NCBI GenBank assembly: GCA_964597545.1
Contig: CAZQXN010000006.1
Coordinates: forward strand, 13,695 to 77,694
DNA length: 64,000 nucleotides
Origin: an uncultured Planctomycetia bacterium
GTDB taxonomy: Bacteria > Omnitrophota > Gorgyraeia > 1-14-0-20-64-10
Reading direction: 5' to 3'
The notes below the pieces were generated by a model. The model was not told the DNA's origin. It saw nothing but the letters and a program-made list of their open reading frames with translations, and did not search any database. Each line of letters opens with the position of its first letter. Position 1 is the stretch's first letter. This document shows positions 1 through 9,308 of this stretch, piece after piece. The position numbers were made by a program, and so were the translations under genes.

Positions 1-369
1 GTAGGTGTTGCGATGGTGTTCTTCGGCGGAGCATGGGGCAGCATTCGAATGCTGCTTTCCCGCTTCATCTTCCTGACCAACGGTATTTTTATCCCCCTTG
101 AGGCGCTCCCGGAATACCTGAAGATGTCGGCCTATGCCTTTCCGTTGACGCATGCCTTGATCTTGGCGCGATCGGTTGTCTTTCCGGTGCCGGCAGGAGA
201 GATTGTTCGGGCCGGCGTTGTACTGTGTGTGATGACCCTCTGCCTTTTTGCTTCGGCCTGGGGGGGTCTTGTGGCGCTGCAGCTTAGGGTCCGCCGGGCC
301 GGGGGAGACTTGGGTGAAGACACAAAGGAAACGCTTTTAGCCAGTGAAACCTCCGCAGAAACAGGATAA
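1..369 (+). CDS. ABC-2 type transporter permease, C-terminal fragment (gene begins upstream of the window)
   Basis: Open frame from base 1. Hydrophobic TM-rich C-terminus (IFLTNGIFIPLEALPEYL...AFPLTHA) resembles ABC-2/Wzm-type permease ends. Confidence 0.4.
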   Translation, partial: VGVAMVFFGGAWGSIRMLLSRFIFLTNGIFIPLEALPEYLKMSAYAFPLTHALILARSVVFPVPAGEIVRAGVVLCVMTLCLFASAWGGLVALQLRVRRAGGDLGEDTKETLLASETSAETG

Positions 370-1933
370 AGAGCTTTTTGTTTGCGGCCCGGTCGGCCCG
401 CGGGGCCAGCGGGTCCAGGCGTGCCGGGCCTTTGGAACAAGCATGCTGCCCCTTTTCCGGTCCGGAGAAGAGCTTTGGGTTGAACCGGTAGATCCACCCA
501 CCGTCCGGATAGGGGAGATTGTCAATGCCGTGGTGCGTTTGGGTGGCGGGCAGGTGACCGATCCGGATCCCGAGCGCGTGGTGACACACCGCATCATCCG
601 GCGCCTTCACATCAACGGGCAGCTTGCGTTTTTGACCAAGGGGGACAACCGCCCCATGTTTGATCCCATGATCCTTCCGGGACAGATCACCGGCCGCGTG
701 ACTCAGGCCGGTTCGAAGGTGTTAACCCGCCCTCACTGGCGCTGGCTGGGTGTGGTTATTGCCTGGTTTTCTTACCACAAGGCCCTCATGCATTACGCCT
801 TTTGCCACATCACGTATTGCCGGCCCAACCAAATCCGGCACCACTGGACAGTCAAGGGCTGGATTCCGAAGGTGTCCATCCGAGGCGCTCTCCGGCGCTT
901 CAGGTTTTTTCTCCGGAGCGGGGGAACTGGGCGTCGAAACCGGTTGCCGAATCACAGGAAGGAAAATCTTCGAGGCGGCGGCATCCCGATGCGTGTCCGG
1001 CTGTGCTCCCCGAATGATTTGCAATCTCTGGTACGGGTTTGGAATGAGGCTTTCCCGGATTATCCCACTGATGCGGACCGCCTTCAGGCAAGGTTGTTGG
1101 CTTCCCTCTGGTTTGATCCTTTCGGGTCTTTTGTCGTGTGCCGGAATGGGGAGATATTGGGTTGGGCGGCAACCTCGATGCGCTTGGAGCGGCCGCGATT
1201 CTCCGGTGCGGGGAAGTTGGAGTTTGTGGCGCTGACGAAAAAAGGGTGTCAGATCGGCGCAGCGGAACTGCTCCTGGAGCGGGTATTATTGATGTTCGAA
1301 CGCCGGCGAGTGTCGTCCATTATTTTGGGTCCTATGCCAAATGGGTCCCAAAGGGCAGAGCCGGCGGAGCGCTTGGCTGCCTCGACCAGACGGGCCAACT
1401 TCACCGTGCGTAAGGCATGGGTGGAGATGGTCTGTTCCGGTCAGCAGCGCCGCCCTGACCGAGACGAGTATCTTTCCCCGGGACTCGTCGTCCGGCCCTG
1501 GCGGCCGAGCGATTGGAATGGGTTTGCGGCCAGTTTTGAAGATGACCCAGCTGACCTGGGCCGGATTCGGCGCCACCTCTTATTTAGGGGTCGGGCAGAG
1601 CAGCTGCTGGTTGCGCGGCGCAACCGAAAGCCGGCCGGCTTGTGTCAATGGTTGCCGGATACGGGAGTGGTGGACTATAGCCAGGCGGGGAATCCCTGGG
1701 TGGTGGCTCAGCCGGGTTCCGAACGGGCCTACATGTTTCACATCGATGCAAAGGGTGTTTTCCGGGATGAGGACGCCGCTCGAGCATTGGCGCACCAAGC
1801 TTGCTCAAACGCTTTTGCCTTAGGGTGCAAGGAGGCGGTTTGCTGGACCCCGACCCCCGCTCTCTTTGAGCCCATCGGTTTTACCCAACGAAATACCTTC
1901 GTAGAGATGGAACGTCTGGCCCAAACCCTTTAG
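344..1933 (+). CDS. S24/S26 (signal-peptidase/LexA-like) peptidase domain fused to tandem GNAT acetyltransferase-like domains
   Basis: N-terminus SMLPLFRSGEELWVEP...HRIIRR...TKGDNRPMFDP is S26-like (GDNR motif). C-terminal two-thirds are GNAT-like (VWNEAFPDYP...ILGWAA...) and paralogous to CDS 2969..3994. Confidence 0.5.
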   Translation: MKPPQKQDKELFVCGPVGPRGQRVQACRAFGTSMLPLFRSGEELWVEPVDPPTVRIGEIVNAVVRLGGGQVTDPDPERVVTHRIIRRLHINGQLAFLTKGDNRPMFDPMILPGQITGRVTQAGSKVLTRPHWRWLGVVIAWFSYHKALMHYAFCHITYCRPNQIRHHWTVKGWIPKVSIRGALRRFRFFLRSGGTGRRNRLPNHRKENLRGGGIPMRVRLCSPNDLQSLVRVWNEAFPDYPTDADRLQARLLASLWFDPFGSFVVCRNGEILGWAATSMRLERPRFSGAGKLEFVALTKKGCQIGAAELLLERVLLMFERRRVSSIILGPMPNGSQRAEPAERLAASTRRANFTVRKAWVEMVCSGQQRRPDRDEYLSPGLVVRPWRPSDWNGFAASFEDDPADLGRIRRHLLFRGRAEQLLVARRNRKPAGLCQWLPDTGVVDYSQAGNPWVVAQPGSERAYMFHIDAKGVFRDEDAARALAHQACSNAFALGCKEAVCWTPTPALFEPIGFTQRNTFVEMERLAQTL

Positions 1934-1948
1934 AGAGAGGAGCGCGCC

Positions 1949-2239
1949 ATGTCTCGGCAAGGCTTAAGCAAGGATCTTTGTCCGCGCAGGGCAGAGAACA
2001 TCATCTGGAGAGAGGTCTCCGGCAAGGGGATCTTGATCAACCTGGCCGACGGCGCTTGCTTTGAGGTCAGCCCCATGGGTCTTGCGATCTGGAAGCAGTG
2101 CGATGGCAAGGCTCCGGTGGGCGCAATAGCAGAGCGGATGGGACGTCGGTTTCACGTCAGTCCCAAGCGTGTTATCGAGGATGCTGGAAGTTTCTTAAAG
2201 CAGCTTAAGCGGCAGAAGATGGTTGCTTTCGGAGGGTAG
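1949..2239 (+). CDS. PqqD-family protein (RiPP recognition element-like peptide chaperone)
   Basis: 96 aa with WREVSGKGILINLADGACFEVSPMGLAIWKQCDG....IAERMGRRFHVSPKRVIEDAGSFLKQL, a typical PqqD/RRE pattern. Confidence 0.7.
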   Translation: MSRQGLSKDLCPRRAENIIWREVSGKGILINLADGACFEVSPMGLAIWKQCDGKAPVGAIAERMGRRFHVSPKRVIEDAGSFLKQLKRQKMVAFGG

Positions 2240-2241
2240 GG

Positions 2242-2964
2242 GTGCCGCTTCATTCCGGTTCTGTTCGCGTTTCAGTCATCATGCCGGTTTTTAACGCTAA
2301 GCGCACCATTGATGAAGCCATCCGGTCGGTCTTGGGGCAGGGCGGTGTTGCCTTCGAGCTGCTGGTGGGAGATGACGCCTCCAGAGACTCAAGCTGGAAG
2401 CAGATTCAGGCCTATCAGGGCGAGAAACGGCTGAGGGCCTGGCGGTTTCCTAAGAGACTGGGGGCTGCTCGGGCGAGGAATGCTCTGATTGCCAGAGCTC
2501 GGGGGTTGTACTTGGCGATCTGCGACGCCGACGATTGCATGTTGCCGAGTCATCTGCGCAGACTCTCCAGGGTTTTGGACTGCAGGCCCCAGGTAGGGGT
2601 CGTCCACGGGGATCAGGAGCTCATTGGCCCCGCTGGGCGCCGGCTCGAGCGCAAGCGGGTTGCCAAAGATCCACAAGAAACCTGGGACCTCCTGGAAGAC
2701 ATCGGCTGCCATGCCGGTTCCATGCTGCGCAGGTCGCTCGTCAGGAAGGTGGGGGGGTATCGTCCTTATCGTCTTGCTCACGACTACGACCTTTTTCTCC
2801 GCCTCGCCGAAGTGACCCAGTTTTATGTTACCAAGGGCCGGCCCACCTACTGCCGGCGCAAGCTCCCCGGTTCTTTGAGCGGCGCTCCAGAGGACAAATC
2901 TGCGCTTCTTCGCATCTGGCGGGATGCCATATTCAGGCGGTACGGTGTGCGCCTGAAGTGGTGA
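2242..2964 (+). CDS. Family 2 glycosyltransferase
   Basis: VSVIMPVFNA...ELLVGDDASRD...ICDADDCMLP (DxD) GT2 signature. GTG start with GGAGG 6 nt upstream. Paralogue of 4150..4872. Confidence 0.75.
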   Translation: MPLHSGSVRVSVIMPVFNAKRTIDEAIRSVLGQGGVAFELLVGDDASRDSSWKQIQAYQGEKRLRAWRFPKRLGAARARNALIARARGLYLAICDADDCMLPSHLRRLSRVLDCRPQVGVVHGDQELIGPAGRRLERKRVAKDPQETWDLLEDIGCHAGSMLRRSLVRKVGGYRPYRLAHDYDLFLRLAEVTQFYVTKGRPTYCRRKLPGSLSGAPEDKSALLRIWRDAIFRRYGVRLKW

Positions 2965-2968
2965 GTCT

Positions 2969-3994
2969 GTGCAGCCTGAAGAGAAATCCATGAGCGCAAG
3001 CGCTTTAAAGCGGAAAACCAACAGAGAGATCCAAATCCTCCCCTGGCGTCCCGAATTCGTCGAACCGATGGCTCTGCTCTGGAACCAGGCCTTCCCCCGG
3101 GATCAGGTTTCTCCGGATTATCTGGTACAGCGGTTGTTTGGGTCCAAGTGGTTTAACGCGTCAGGGTGTTGGGCGGCTTGGCGCTCCGAGGAGTGCCTCG
3201 GATGGATTCTTGCGACGCGGCGCAGCGGCAACCGGGCAGGGCATCGCACGAAGGGGTATCTTGAGGTTTTGGCGGTCAATGACGAAGGACTTCGGCAAGA
3301 CGTTGACGGCGCGCTCATCCGAAGTGCCTTTTCTTGGTTTCGCGCCCAAGGGGCATCGGTTGCTTGCCTGGATTCCCTTCCGGTTTCCGGGGAGCAGGCA
3401 GAGCAGTGCACCTCTGCTTTGATTCAGCGGCTGGAGGCGCGTGGATTTCAACGGGCCGGCCTGCTCTGGGATTTGGGACTGACCCCAGAGAGGCAGGCTG
3501 TACGCAAAAAGGAACTGGCCCAAGGCCTTACCCTTCGCCGGTGGCAGCCGGAAGACGACGGACCGCTCACAGAGATGTTTCGACGATCCGGATGGATGCG
3601 GTTCGCGAGGCGGTGGGCCGGCTGCCGGCGGGATCCCACTTACGCGAAGGACCCGCAGCAGATGTGCGTTGCTGCGATGGAGGGCCATCCCGTGGGATTT
3701 TGCCAGAATTTGCTGAGCGATCAAATCAAAGATTACAGCGTGCTGGGCAGATGGGTTGCATCCGCTACAGAGGGAGGCAGCGGTTTTCGCCCGGTTGGAT
3801 ATCTGCTGAATATGGTGGTGGATCCTGCTTTCCGCGGCCGCGGGATAGGGCGGGCGCTGTTTCTTGAACAGTGCAGCCGTTTGTTTGCGTTAGGCGCTAA
3901 GGAAATCCGAGGATGGGCTCCGCGCCCCGCTTTCTACCGGAAGTTCGGCGCCCGTCTGCGCGGTGCCTTTCTGAAGATGGAGGTCCCGCTGTAA
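2969..3994 (+). CDS. Tandem-GNAT N-acetyltransferase family protein
   Basis: Two GNAT-like halves (second ends ...VVDPAFRGRGIGRALF..). N-terminus is paralogous to the GNAT part of 344..1933. Confidence 0.6.
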   Translation: MQPEEKSMSASALKRKTNREIQILPWRPEFVEPMALLWNQAFPRDQVSPDYLVQRLFGSKWFNASGCWAAWRSEECLGWILATRRSGNRAGHRTKGYLEVLAVNDEGLRQDVDGALIRSAFSWFRAQGASVACLDSLPVSGEQAEQCTSALIQRLEARGFQRAGLLWDLGLTPERQAVRKKELAQGLTLRRWQPEDDGPLTEMFRRSGWMRFARRWAGCRRDPTYAKDPQQMCVAAMEGHPVGFCQNLLSDQIKDYSVLGRWVASATEGGSGFRPVGYLLNMVVDPAFRGRGIGRALFLEQCSRLFALGAKEIRGWAPRPAFYRKFGARLRGAFLKMEVPL

Positions 3995-4149
3995 ACGGGT
4001 TACAGCTACTCTGAGCCGAACGTTGTGACCTGGCGGAGATTTCCGAGACGTTTTAGGGTAGGTTTCTGGTAACGTTTTCGGGGTGTTGCGTTCTTTTCTT
4101 TGGTTGGCTTGACCTTTTTCTTCATATTGAGGATACAGTACAAGATCCC

Positions 4150-4872
4150 ATGAGTGGTGTCAAGATCTCTGTCCTGATGGCTGCCCGAAATGCTGAGGCG
4201 ACTCTTGAAAAGGCTGCTCAGTCGGTTCTGGCCCAGCGGGGGGCCTCCTTTGAGCTCTTGATCGGGGACGATGCTTCCACAGACGGCACCTGGGATTGCA
4301 TTCGGCGCATCAGGCGGGATCTCCGGGTGCGGGCGTGGCGTTTTCGGAGGCACCAGGGGGTGAGTGTCACCCGCAACCGGCTGATTGCACGTGCTGCCGG
4401 GCGGTATCTTTCAATCTGCGATGCCGATGATCGCATGCTGCCGGACAACCTCAGGCGGCTTTCGGCTGTTCTGGACCGACGGCCTCAAGTGGGTGTGGCG
4501 TACGGTCGGATCCTCCTTGTGGATGAGCGCAGGAAGGGTCCGCCAAAAACATCCATTTTGTCCACCGGATTTCTGGGTGATTGGGATCTGCTGGGTTTTT
4601 CGATCCCCAACGGCGCAGCAATGCTTCGCAAGAAACTGGTGCAACGGGTGGGCGGCTACAATCCCAAGATCTCATTTGGAGGGGATGGTGACCTGTTACT
4701 GCGGTTGGGGGAGGTGACGCAATTCCGGGACCTGGGGGGTAAGCCGGTTTATCTGTACCGCCGACGCCACGGATCTGTCACGGATCAATCCCGCCAAGCC
4801 CGCAAGCAGGTCGCCCAGGAGACCCTCCGTAGGACGATCCTCAGGCGCTATGGAGTGCGGGTGACCTGGTAG
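4150..4872 (+). CDS. Family 2 glycosyltransferase (paralogue of 2242..2964)
   Basis: ISVLMAARNA...ELLIGDDASTDGT...ICDADDRMLP. About 45% identical to the first GT2 by eye. Confidence 0.75.
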   Translation: MSGVKISVLMAARNAEATLEKAAQSVLAQRGASFELLIGDDASTDGTWDCIRRIRRDLRVRAWRFRRHQGVSVTRNRLIARAAGRYLSICDADDRMLPDNLRRLSAVLDRRPQVGVAYGRILLVDERRKGPPKTSILSTGFLGDWDLLGFSIPNGAAMLRKKLVQRVGGYNPKISFGGDGDLLLRLGEVTQFRDLGGKPVYLYRRRHGSVTDQSRQARKQVAQETLRRTILRRYGVRVTW

Positions 4873-4877
4873 GGAGG

Positions 4878-6626
4878 TTAGGCTCTCAGGCGCTGCTTGG
4901 CCCGCCTGAGGAGCCGGTCAGTATCTTGCCTGCGCCAGGGAGATAAATGTGAAGCGCTCTCCGGGTATCTGCGCCAGAGGTAATGCATCTCGCGCGGTAG
5001 CGCCATCATCCGAGCGTTGCGAGCGATCTTTAGGCCTAAGTCATAATCCTCAGAGGTCATCAGCGTTTCATCATATCCGCCGGCTTTGAGCATCGCCTCT
5101 GTTCGAATGAGCGCTCCTGCGTGCGCAATGACGTTGCGCTCCCACTCCTTGCTTCCATCTACTCGCTCCGCCCGCTCCACCCCCAGCGGAGTGCCGGTTT
5201 CATCCACCCTCAACCGGTTGGCATAGACCCACCCCACACGGCGGCGGGTCTCCAGGAACGCGACCATACGCTTAAGATGCGAGGGGAGCATGATGTCATC
5301 GGCATCGCACACGGCGATGTACTTGCCCCGGGCTTCCCCCAGGATCCGGTTGCGCGCCGCGGCAATCCCCATCTGTCTTGGGTTTTGAAGGAATCGGACG
5401 CGCGGGCTCCAGAGATAGCTGCTGGCGATTTGAGCGGTTCGGTCAGTGGAACCATCATCGACAATCACCAGCTCGAATTGCTTAAACCGCTGTGCCAGAA
5501 CCGACTCAATCGCTTCGGCAATCCAAGGCTGCATGTTGTGCGCGGTCATCATGACGGTCACCAGAGTTTGAGCGGGTGCTGTGGGATCCATTCGCTGGAT
5601 CAGTCCGCGCCGGCGCAGCAGCGCCAGCTGCTTGCCCGCACCATTGCGGAACGCAGCGCCATCGCTTAAACCCCTCCAGAGTTCCAAACCCCGGGGGTCC
5701 GGCCGGAAGATCTCAAGGTCGGACGATCGGACCAGAAGGGTTTCTTGGTCTGAGCGCATCGTAAAGCCCGATCGGATCCACCCGGGGGTTTCTCTTTTGC
5801 GCGGGGCGCTGACACCGATCTGGCGTGAGCGCGCTCTTCGCAGCGGAATCTTCCGGTTTAGCCAGGCCAGGAGTTTTTGATAGTCGGCGGGGGTGTTGTA
5901 AAGGGGTGTGCCCCATTTCTGCACAAAGAACTTCTCAGAGGTTTTGACCAGCCGGCGTCGATGTTCAGACGGTGCCGATCCGCTTCCCTTGTGATGCACA
6001 AACAGAGAATGCACCCGAACCAAGCGGTAGCCGGCAAGCCTGAGCTTGAGAGAATAATCAATGTCCTCTACGCCGAAGAAGTAACCTTCGTCGAAAAGCC
6101 CGACGCGGGCCATGACGACCTTTGGGATGAGCAGGCAGAAGCCGAACAGGTAGGGCATGGTTTCTAAGCGGTTTTTGCCCCACCGCTGAAAGAGCTGATC
6201 GGCCAGCGTTGTTGAGGCTTCATTGGCCGGAAGTCCCTTCGGAGGCCAGTCCCATTTGAAGCAGTGGATGTGTTGCGAGGTGGGTCCGGCCGCCCCCACG
6301 CCCGGCTGTTGAGTAGCCCCCACCAGGCGCTCAAGCCATCCGGGAGGGACCAGGACGTCGCTGTTAAGGAAGCAGACGTATCGCCCCCGGGCTGCAAGGG
6401 CCCCCTGGTTGGCGGCCTTAGCAAAGCCTGCGTTGCCCCTATTTTGAATGACCCGGATCTCAGGAAAGGCCCGCAGGGTTTTCTGAATACCTGGGCTGCG
6501 GCTGTTGTTGATGACGATCAGCTCATAGGGGACCGAGGTGTTGCGGATGACCGATCGCAGGCAGGCCCGGGTCAAGTTTGGGGTGTTGAGGGTAATGACG
6601 ACAATCGAAACCAGTGGAGGGGGCAT
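4878..6626 (-). CDS. Two-domain family 2 glycosyltransferase
   Basis: Two GT2-A modules: VSIVVITLNTPNL...ELIVINNS... and VTVMMTAHNM...ELVIVDDGSTDRT...CDADDIMLP. Confidence 0.7.
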   Translation of the reverse strand: MPPPLVSIVVITLNTPNLTRACLRSVIRNTSVPYELIVINNSRSPGIQKTLRAFPEIRVIQNRGNAGFAKAANQGALAARGRYVCFLNSDVLVPPGWLERLVGATQQPGVGAAGPTSQHIHCFKWDWPPKGLPANEASTTLADQLFQRWGKNRLETMPYLFGFCLLIPKVVMARVGLFDEGYFFGVEDIDYSLKLRLAGYRLVRVHSLFVHHKGSGSAPSEHRRRLVKTSEKFFVQKWGTPLYNTPADYQKLLAWLNRKIPLRRARSRQIGVSAPRKRETPGWIRSGFTMRSDQETLLVRSSDLEIFRPDPRGLELWRGLSDGAAFRNGAGKQLALLRRRGLIQRMDPTAPAQTLVTVMMTAHNMQPWIAEAIESVLAQRFKQFELVIVDDGSTDRTAQIASSYLWSPRVRFLQNPRQMGIAAARNRILGEARGKYIAVCDADDIMLPSHLKRMVAFLETRRRVGWVYANRLRVDETGTPLGVERAERVDGSKEWERNVIAHAGALIRTEAMLKAGGYDETLMTSEDYDLGLKIARNARMMALPREMHYLWRRYPESASHLSPWRRQDTDRLLRRAKQRLRA

Positions 6627-6632
6627 CGCTCG

Positions 6633-7607
6633 TTAAACCAGCCGCTTGAGCAGCGCAGGAATCTGCGCCAGATGTCGGTTGCTGTAGTGCAGATGATAGG
6701 CCCGAACCTGCTGAGCCAGTCGCTCAAAGACACCTAAGCGCTGACGGGCGATTTGGGTCCACGGATCGTTCTGGAACCAAGCAAAGTGGCTGTCCTCCAA
6801 AAGCCAGCGCATGGCAGAAGTCGAACGGACCGCTGACAGCCACAGCGGTCCTTGGGGACGGTATTTGGGGAAGAGCAGGATGCGTGGTTGGCAGGTTTGC
6901 GCGATGCGCTTGGGCCAGATCGATTGCGCCGAAAAGATCAGCCGCTTGGCCGAAGAGGTTTTCAGCAGCGATTGCAGTTCCGGAAACCGCTTGGCCACAG
7001 GCCGGTCCAGCCGGATGCGGCGGGGGAAGGCATGCGCGGCGATGCGGTTGCCCTTTTTGGAGAGAATCGGCATCTCATCCGTCAGGAATGAGAAACCGGC
7101 TTGCAGCCCACACAAGCTCAAAGCTGTCTTTCCGGAGCCGCTGTCCCCGACAATCAAGATGCCATCGTTGCCCTTGGCCACACAGGCGGCATGCAGGAAG
7201 TACATGCTCCGCTGCTTAAGCCACAGGCTTAAGGGTTGCGTGACCAGATAGTGGTATCCGGGATCCGGAAGCCAGGCTTCATCCGGAACGACGGCTGCTT
7301 GGATGCGCCGTTTCTTCAAGTCCTGGATCACGGTAAAGTTGCTGGAAAGCTGACGGGTGATAACGCGTCCGACTGCCGGCTCGCTCAAGATCAGCTCCCG
7401 GTAAGGGGCGAAGTCGGCCGGCACTCCGTCTTGGGCTGCGGAGGCGGGCAGGGCTGAGACGCTCAACCGCACGGCACTTCGACTGCCCCCGTTAGACCGC
7501 TTTCCGGCGCGAAACCACTCCAAGTCCGCCATCAATGTATTGAAAATCATCGGATGGTCGGAAGTGAATTCGATGGGTAAACCGTGTATGTTGAGATGAG
7601 TTTTCAT
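6633..7607 (-). CDS. HPr-kinase/phosphorylase-related kinase (HprK C-terminal-like P-loop protein)
   Basis: LHAACVAKGNDGILIVGDSGSGKTALSL P-loop in an HprK-C-like context. This protein family is often found next to PqqD-family genes. Confidence 0.6.
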   Translation of the reverse strand: MKTHLNIHGLPIEFTSDHPMIFNTLMADLEWFRAGKRSNGGSRSAVRLSVSALPASAAQDGVPADFAPYRELILSEPAVGRVITRQLSSNFTVIQDLKKRRIQAAVVPDEAWLPDPGYHYLVTQPLSLWLKQRSMYFLHAACVAKGNDGILIVGDSGSGKTALSLCGLQAGFSFLTDEMPILSKKGNRIAAHAFPRRIRLDRPVAKRFPELQSLLKTSSAKRLIFSAQSIWPKRIAQTCQPRILLFPKYRPQGPLWLSAVRSTSAMRWLLEDSHFAWFQNDPWTQIARQRLGVFERLAQQVRAYHLHYSNRHLAQIPALLKRLV

Positions 7608-7624
7608 GTTTGGTGGAATGTTAA

Positions 7625-7706
7625 TGCCGAGGCGGGGAGTCGAACCCCGACGGCTTGCGCCATACGCTCCTGAAGCGTACGCGTCTCCCTATTCCGCCAC
7701 CTCGGC
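7625..7706 (-). tRNA. tRNA-Leu (anticodon CAG)
   Basis: Reverse complement is GCCGAGGTGGCGGAATAGG...TACGC-TTCAGGA-GCGTA...GGGGTTCGACTCCCCGCCTCGGCA: cloverleaf with long variable arm, anticodon loop TTCAGGA. CCA is not encoded. Confidence 0.8.
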
Positions 7707-7712
7707 AAGAAT

Positions 7713-8318
7713 CTAGAGAAAAGATTCTGCGATTTTGTACTTCCTGTGAAGGCAGGGAAGGCCAGGTCGATAATATATCGCTTTAAGCAGTTGCTGTGAA
7801 GCCTTTTTCGCATACGTCAACTCCCAAACGCGTGAACCGTACCGGATGCAACCTATAATGCTAAGTTGGATTGCCACCATGTAGTTGATCCACTCAAGGT
7901 ATGATCGACTGCAAGAAGAGAACTTGACGTATAGTCGGATTGCATTTGGATAGATACAATCTTGGAACGTACTGATGTTCCCATCACCATCCAGACATCC
8001 TCGTAAAAAGTCGAAGAAGTAGACATTCGGAATCTTCAATGAACCAAGCTGCTTTGATTTGCAGGGCATTAAACCGATGTTTAGAAGCCAGCGATACAAC
8101 TTTACGTTACCAAATTGTACGTGTGGATATCGCCTCGAAGAAAAGCCGCTGCCCTTCCACCCGATTTTGTTTTCCAGGCCGAGGCAGCGCTTAAATGTTT
8201 CAAGTTGTTCCATGTCCTTAGAGGTCAATTCCAAATGCCGACCGTCATTAGAGAGACAGCCATCGGTGGCGATAAGGCCCACTGCATAGGCCAATTCATG
8301 GGACCACTGAATAGACAT
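7713..8318 (-). CDS. Free-standing LAGLIDADG-family homing endonuclease-like protein
   Basis: Two LAGLIDADG motifs (AYAVGLIATDGCLS and FLRGCLDGDGNIS). Sits in a locally AT-rich stretch next to tRNA-Leu. Start taken at internal ATG (MSIQW...); the upstream extension in the ORF track overlaps the neighbouring gene's promoter region. Confidence 0.65.
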   Translation of the reverse strand: MSIQWSHELAYAVGLIATDGCLSNDGRHLELTSKDMEQLETFKRCLGLENKIGWKGSGFSSRRYPHVQFGNVKLYRWLLNIGLMPCKSKQLGSLKIPNVYFFDFLRGCLDGDGNISTFQDCIYPNAIRLYVKFSSCSRSYLEWINYMVAIQLSIIGCIRYGSRVWELTYAKKASQQLLKAIYYRPGLPCLHRKYKIAESFL

Positions 8319-8381
8319 ATGTCTACTATAGTACGAAGGTGTGATTTTACAAAGGAAAAAAGGTGGTGATAAACTGTCTGC

Positions 8382-9239
8382 ATGCGGCTGACGAAGCTCA
8401 ACGACTTGATTCATGACGGCAGGAACATCAACGGCTCCTGGCGGCTTACCCGCAAGCATACGCTGGAGTACCGGCGGGCCGGCAGCGAGGAAGAGGCGGT
8501 CTTAAAGGGTCCACTACTGGAAACTTCGGCCAACCGCCTCACCTTTCGTGTTGCCGAGCAGCGCTTGGGCAATAACCTGGTTGGCCGCCGCTTAAGTTTG
8601 CGGGGTCGGTGGCAGGCTGATGCCGACAACCGTTTGGCCTTCTTGGTGGAACGGCAAGGGGGCCGACACAACTGGCTAACCCTGCAGGGGGCCTGGCAGG
8701 TTGACCCCGGCCATGAGATCGTTTACCGGTTTCACCGGGAAACTCTCAAGACCAAGCTGCGCCGAGAGGGACTGCTGCGGTTTCGGGGAATCTGGGAACT
8801 CTCCGAGCGCCGCCGCCTCACCTATGTCCTGGATGCCAAGACCGATTCCACCTTTCGCTTCCGGGGAACATTTCAATCCCCATCGGTTTTGGCCAAGCAG
8901 GGGAGGATCCGCTATCAGCTTGGGGTCGAAGTTAAAGGTAAAAGCTCCCGCAAGGCCGTCACCCTTTTCGGCAAATGGAAGCTCTCAAGAAGATTGGGGC
9001 TGACCTTTGAGATTCCGTATCGGGGCAGGCGGGCACGTGGAATTGATTTTGGTGCCACCTTCTCGTTGGGCCCTCAGGGGCGAGTGAAGGCCACACTCAC
9101 CACCCGGCGTGGAAAACCCTTGGGGTTAGAGCTGGTTGTTTCCCGGGAGTTTCTTAAAGGGCGGGGGGAGGCCTTTGCCCGGCTGAGACGTTCCCTTAAG
9201 GAGCTTGCCCTGGAGGGGGGTATCAGAATCCGCTGGTAA
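8382..9239 (+). CDS. Hypothetical protein (Arg-rich, beta-rich repeats)
   Basis: Long ORF with coding-like composition and no recognisable family. Confidence 0.3.
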   Translation: MRLTKLNDLIHDGRNINGSWRLTRKHTLEYRRAGSEEEAVLKGPLLETSANRLTFRVAEQRLGNNLVGRRLSLRGRWQADADNRLAFLVERQGGRHNWLTLQGAWQVDPGHEIVYRFHRETLKTKLRREGLLRFRGIWELSERRRLTYVLDAKTDSTFRFRGTFQSPSVLAKQGRIRYQLGVEVKGKSSRKAVTLFGKWKLSRRLGLTFEIPYRGRRARGIDFGATFSLGPQGRVKATLTTRRGKPLGLELVVSREFLKGRGEAFARLRRSLKELALEGGIRIRW

Positions 9240-9308
9240 CCCCTTGTACACCCCCGGGGTGTAAAAGCCGGTTAGTACCGACGGAGAGGATGTGGTATCT
9301 TAGATGGG

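Noticed and set aside
344-1933. Splitting 344..1933 into a separate S26 peptidase gene and a GNAT gene
   Set aside because: No in-frame stop or convincing internal start with RBS between the two parts, so it is kept as one fusion ORF. A sequencing frameshift cannot be excluded.
7604-7813. Small ORFs overlapping tRNA-Leu, tmRNA (9734-10183) and tRNA-His (19608-19952)
   Set aside because: They overlap structured RNA genes with strong cloverleaf or tmRNA features, and have no coding signal.
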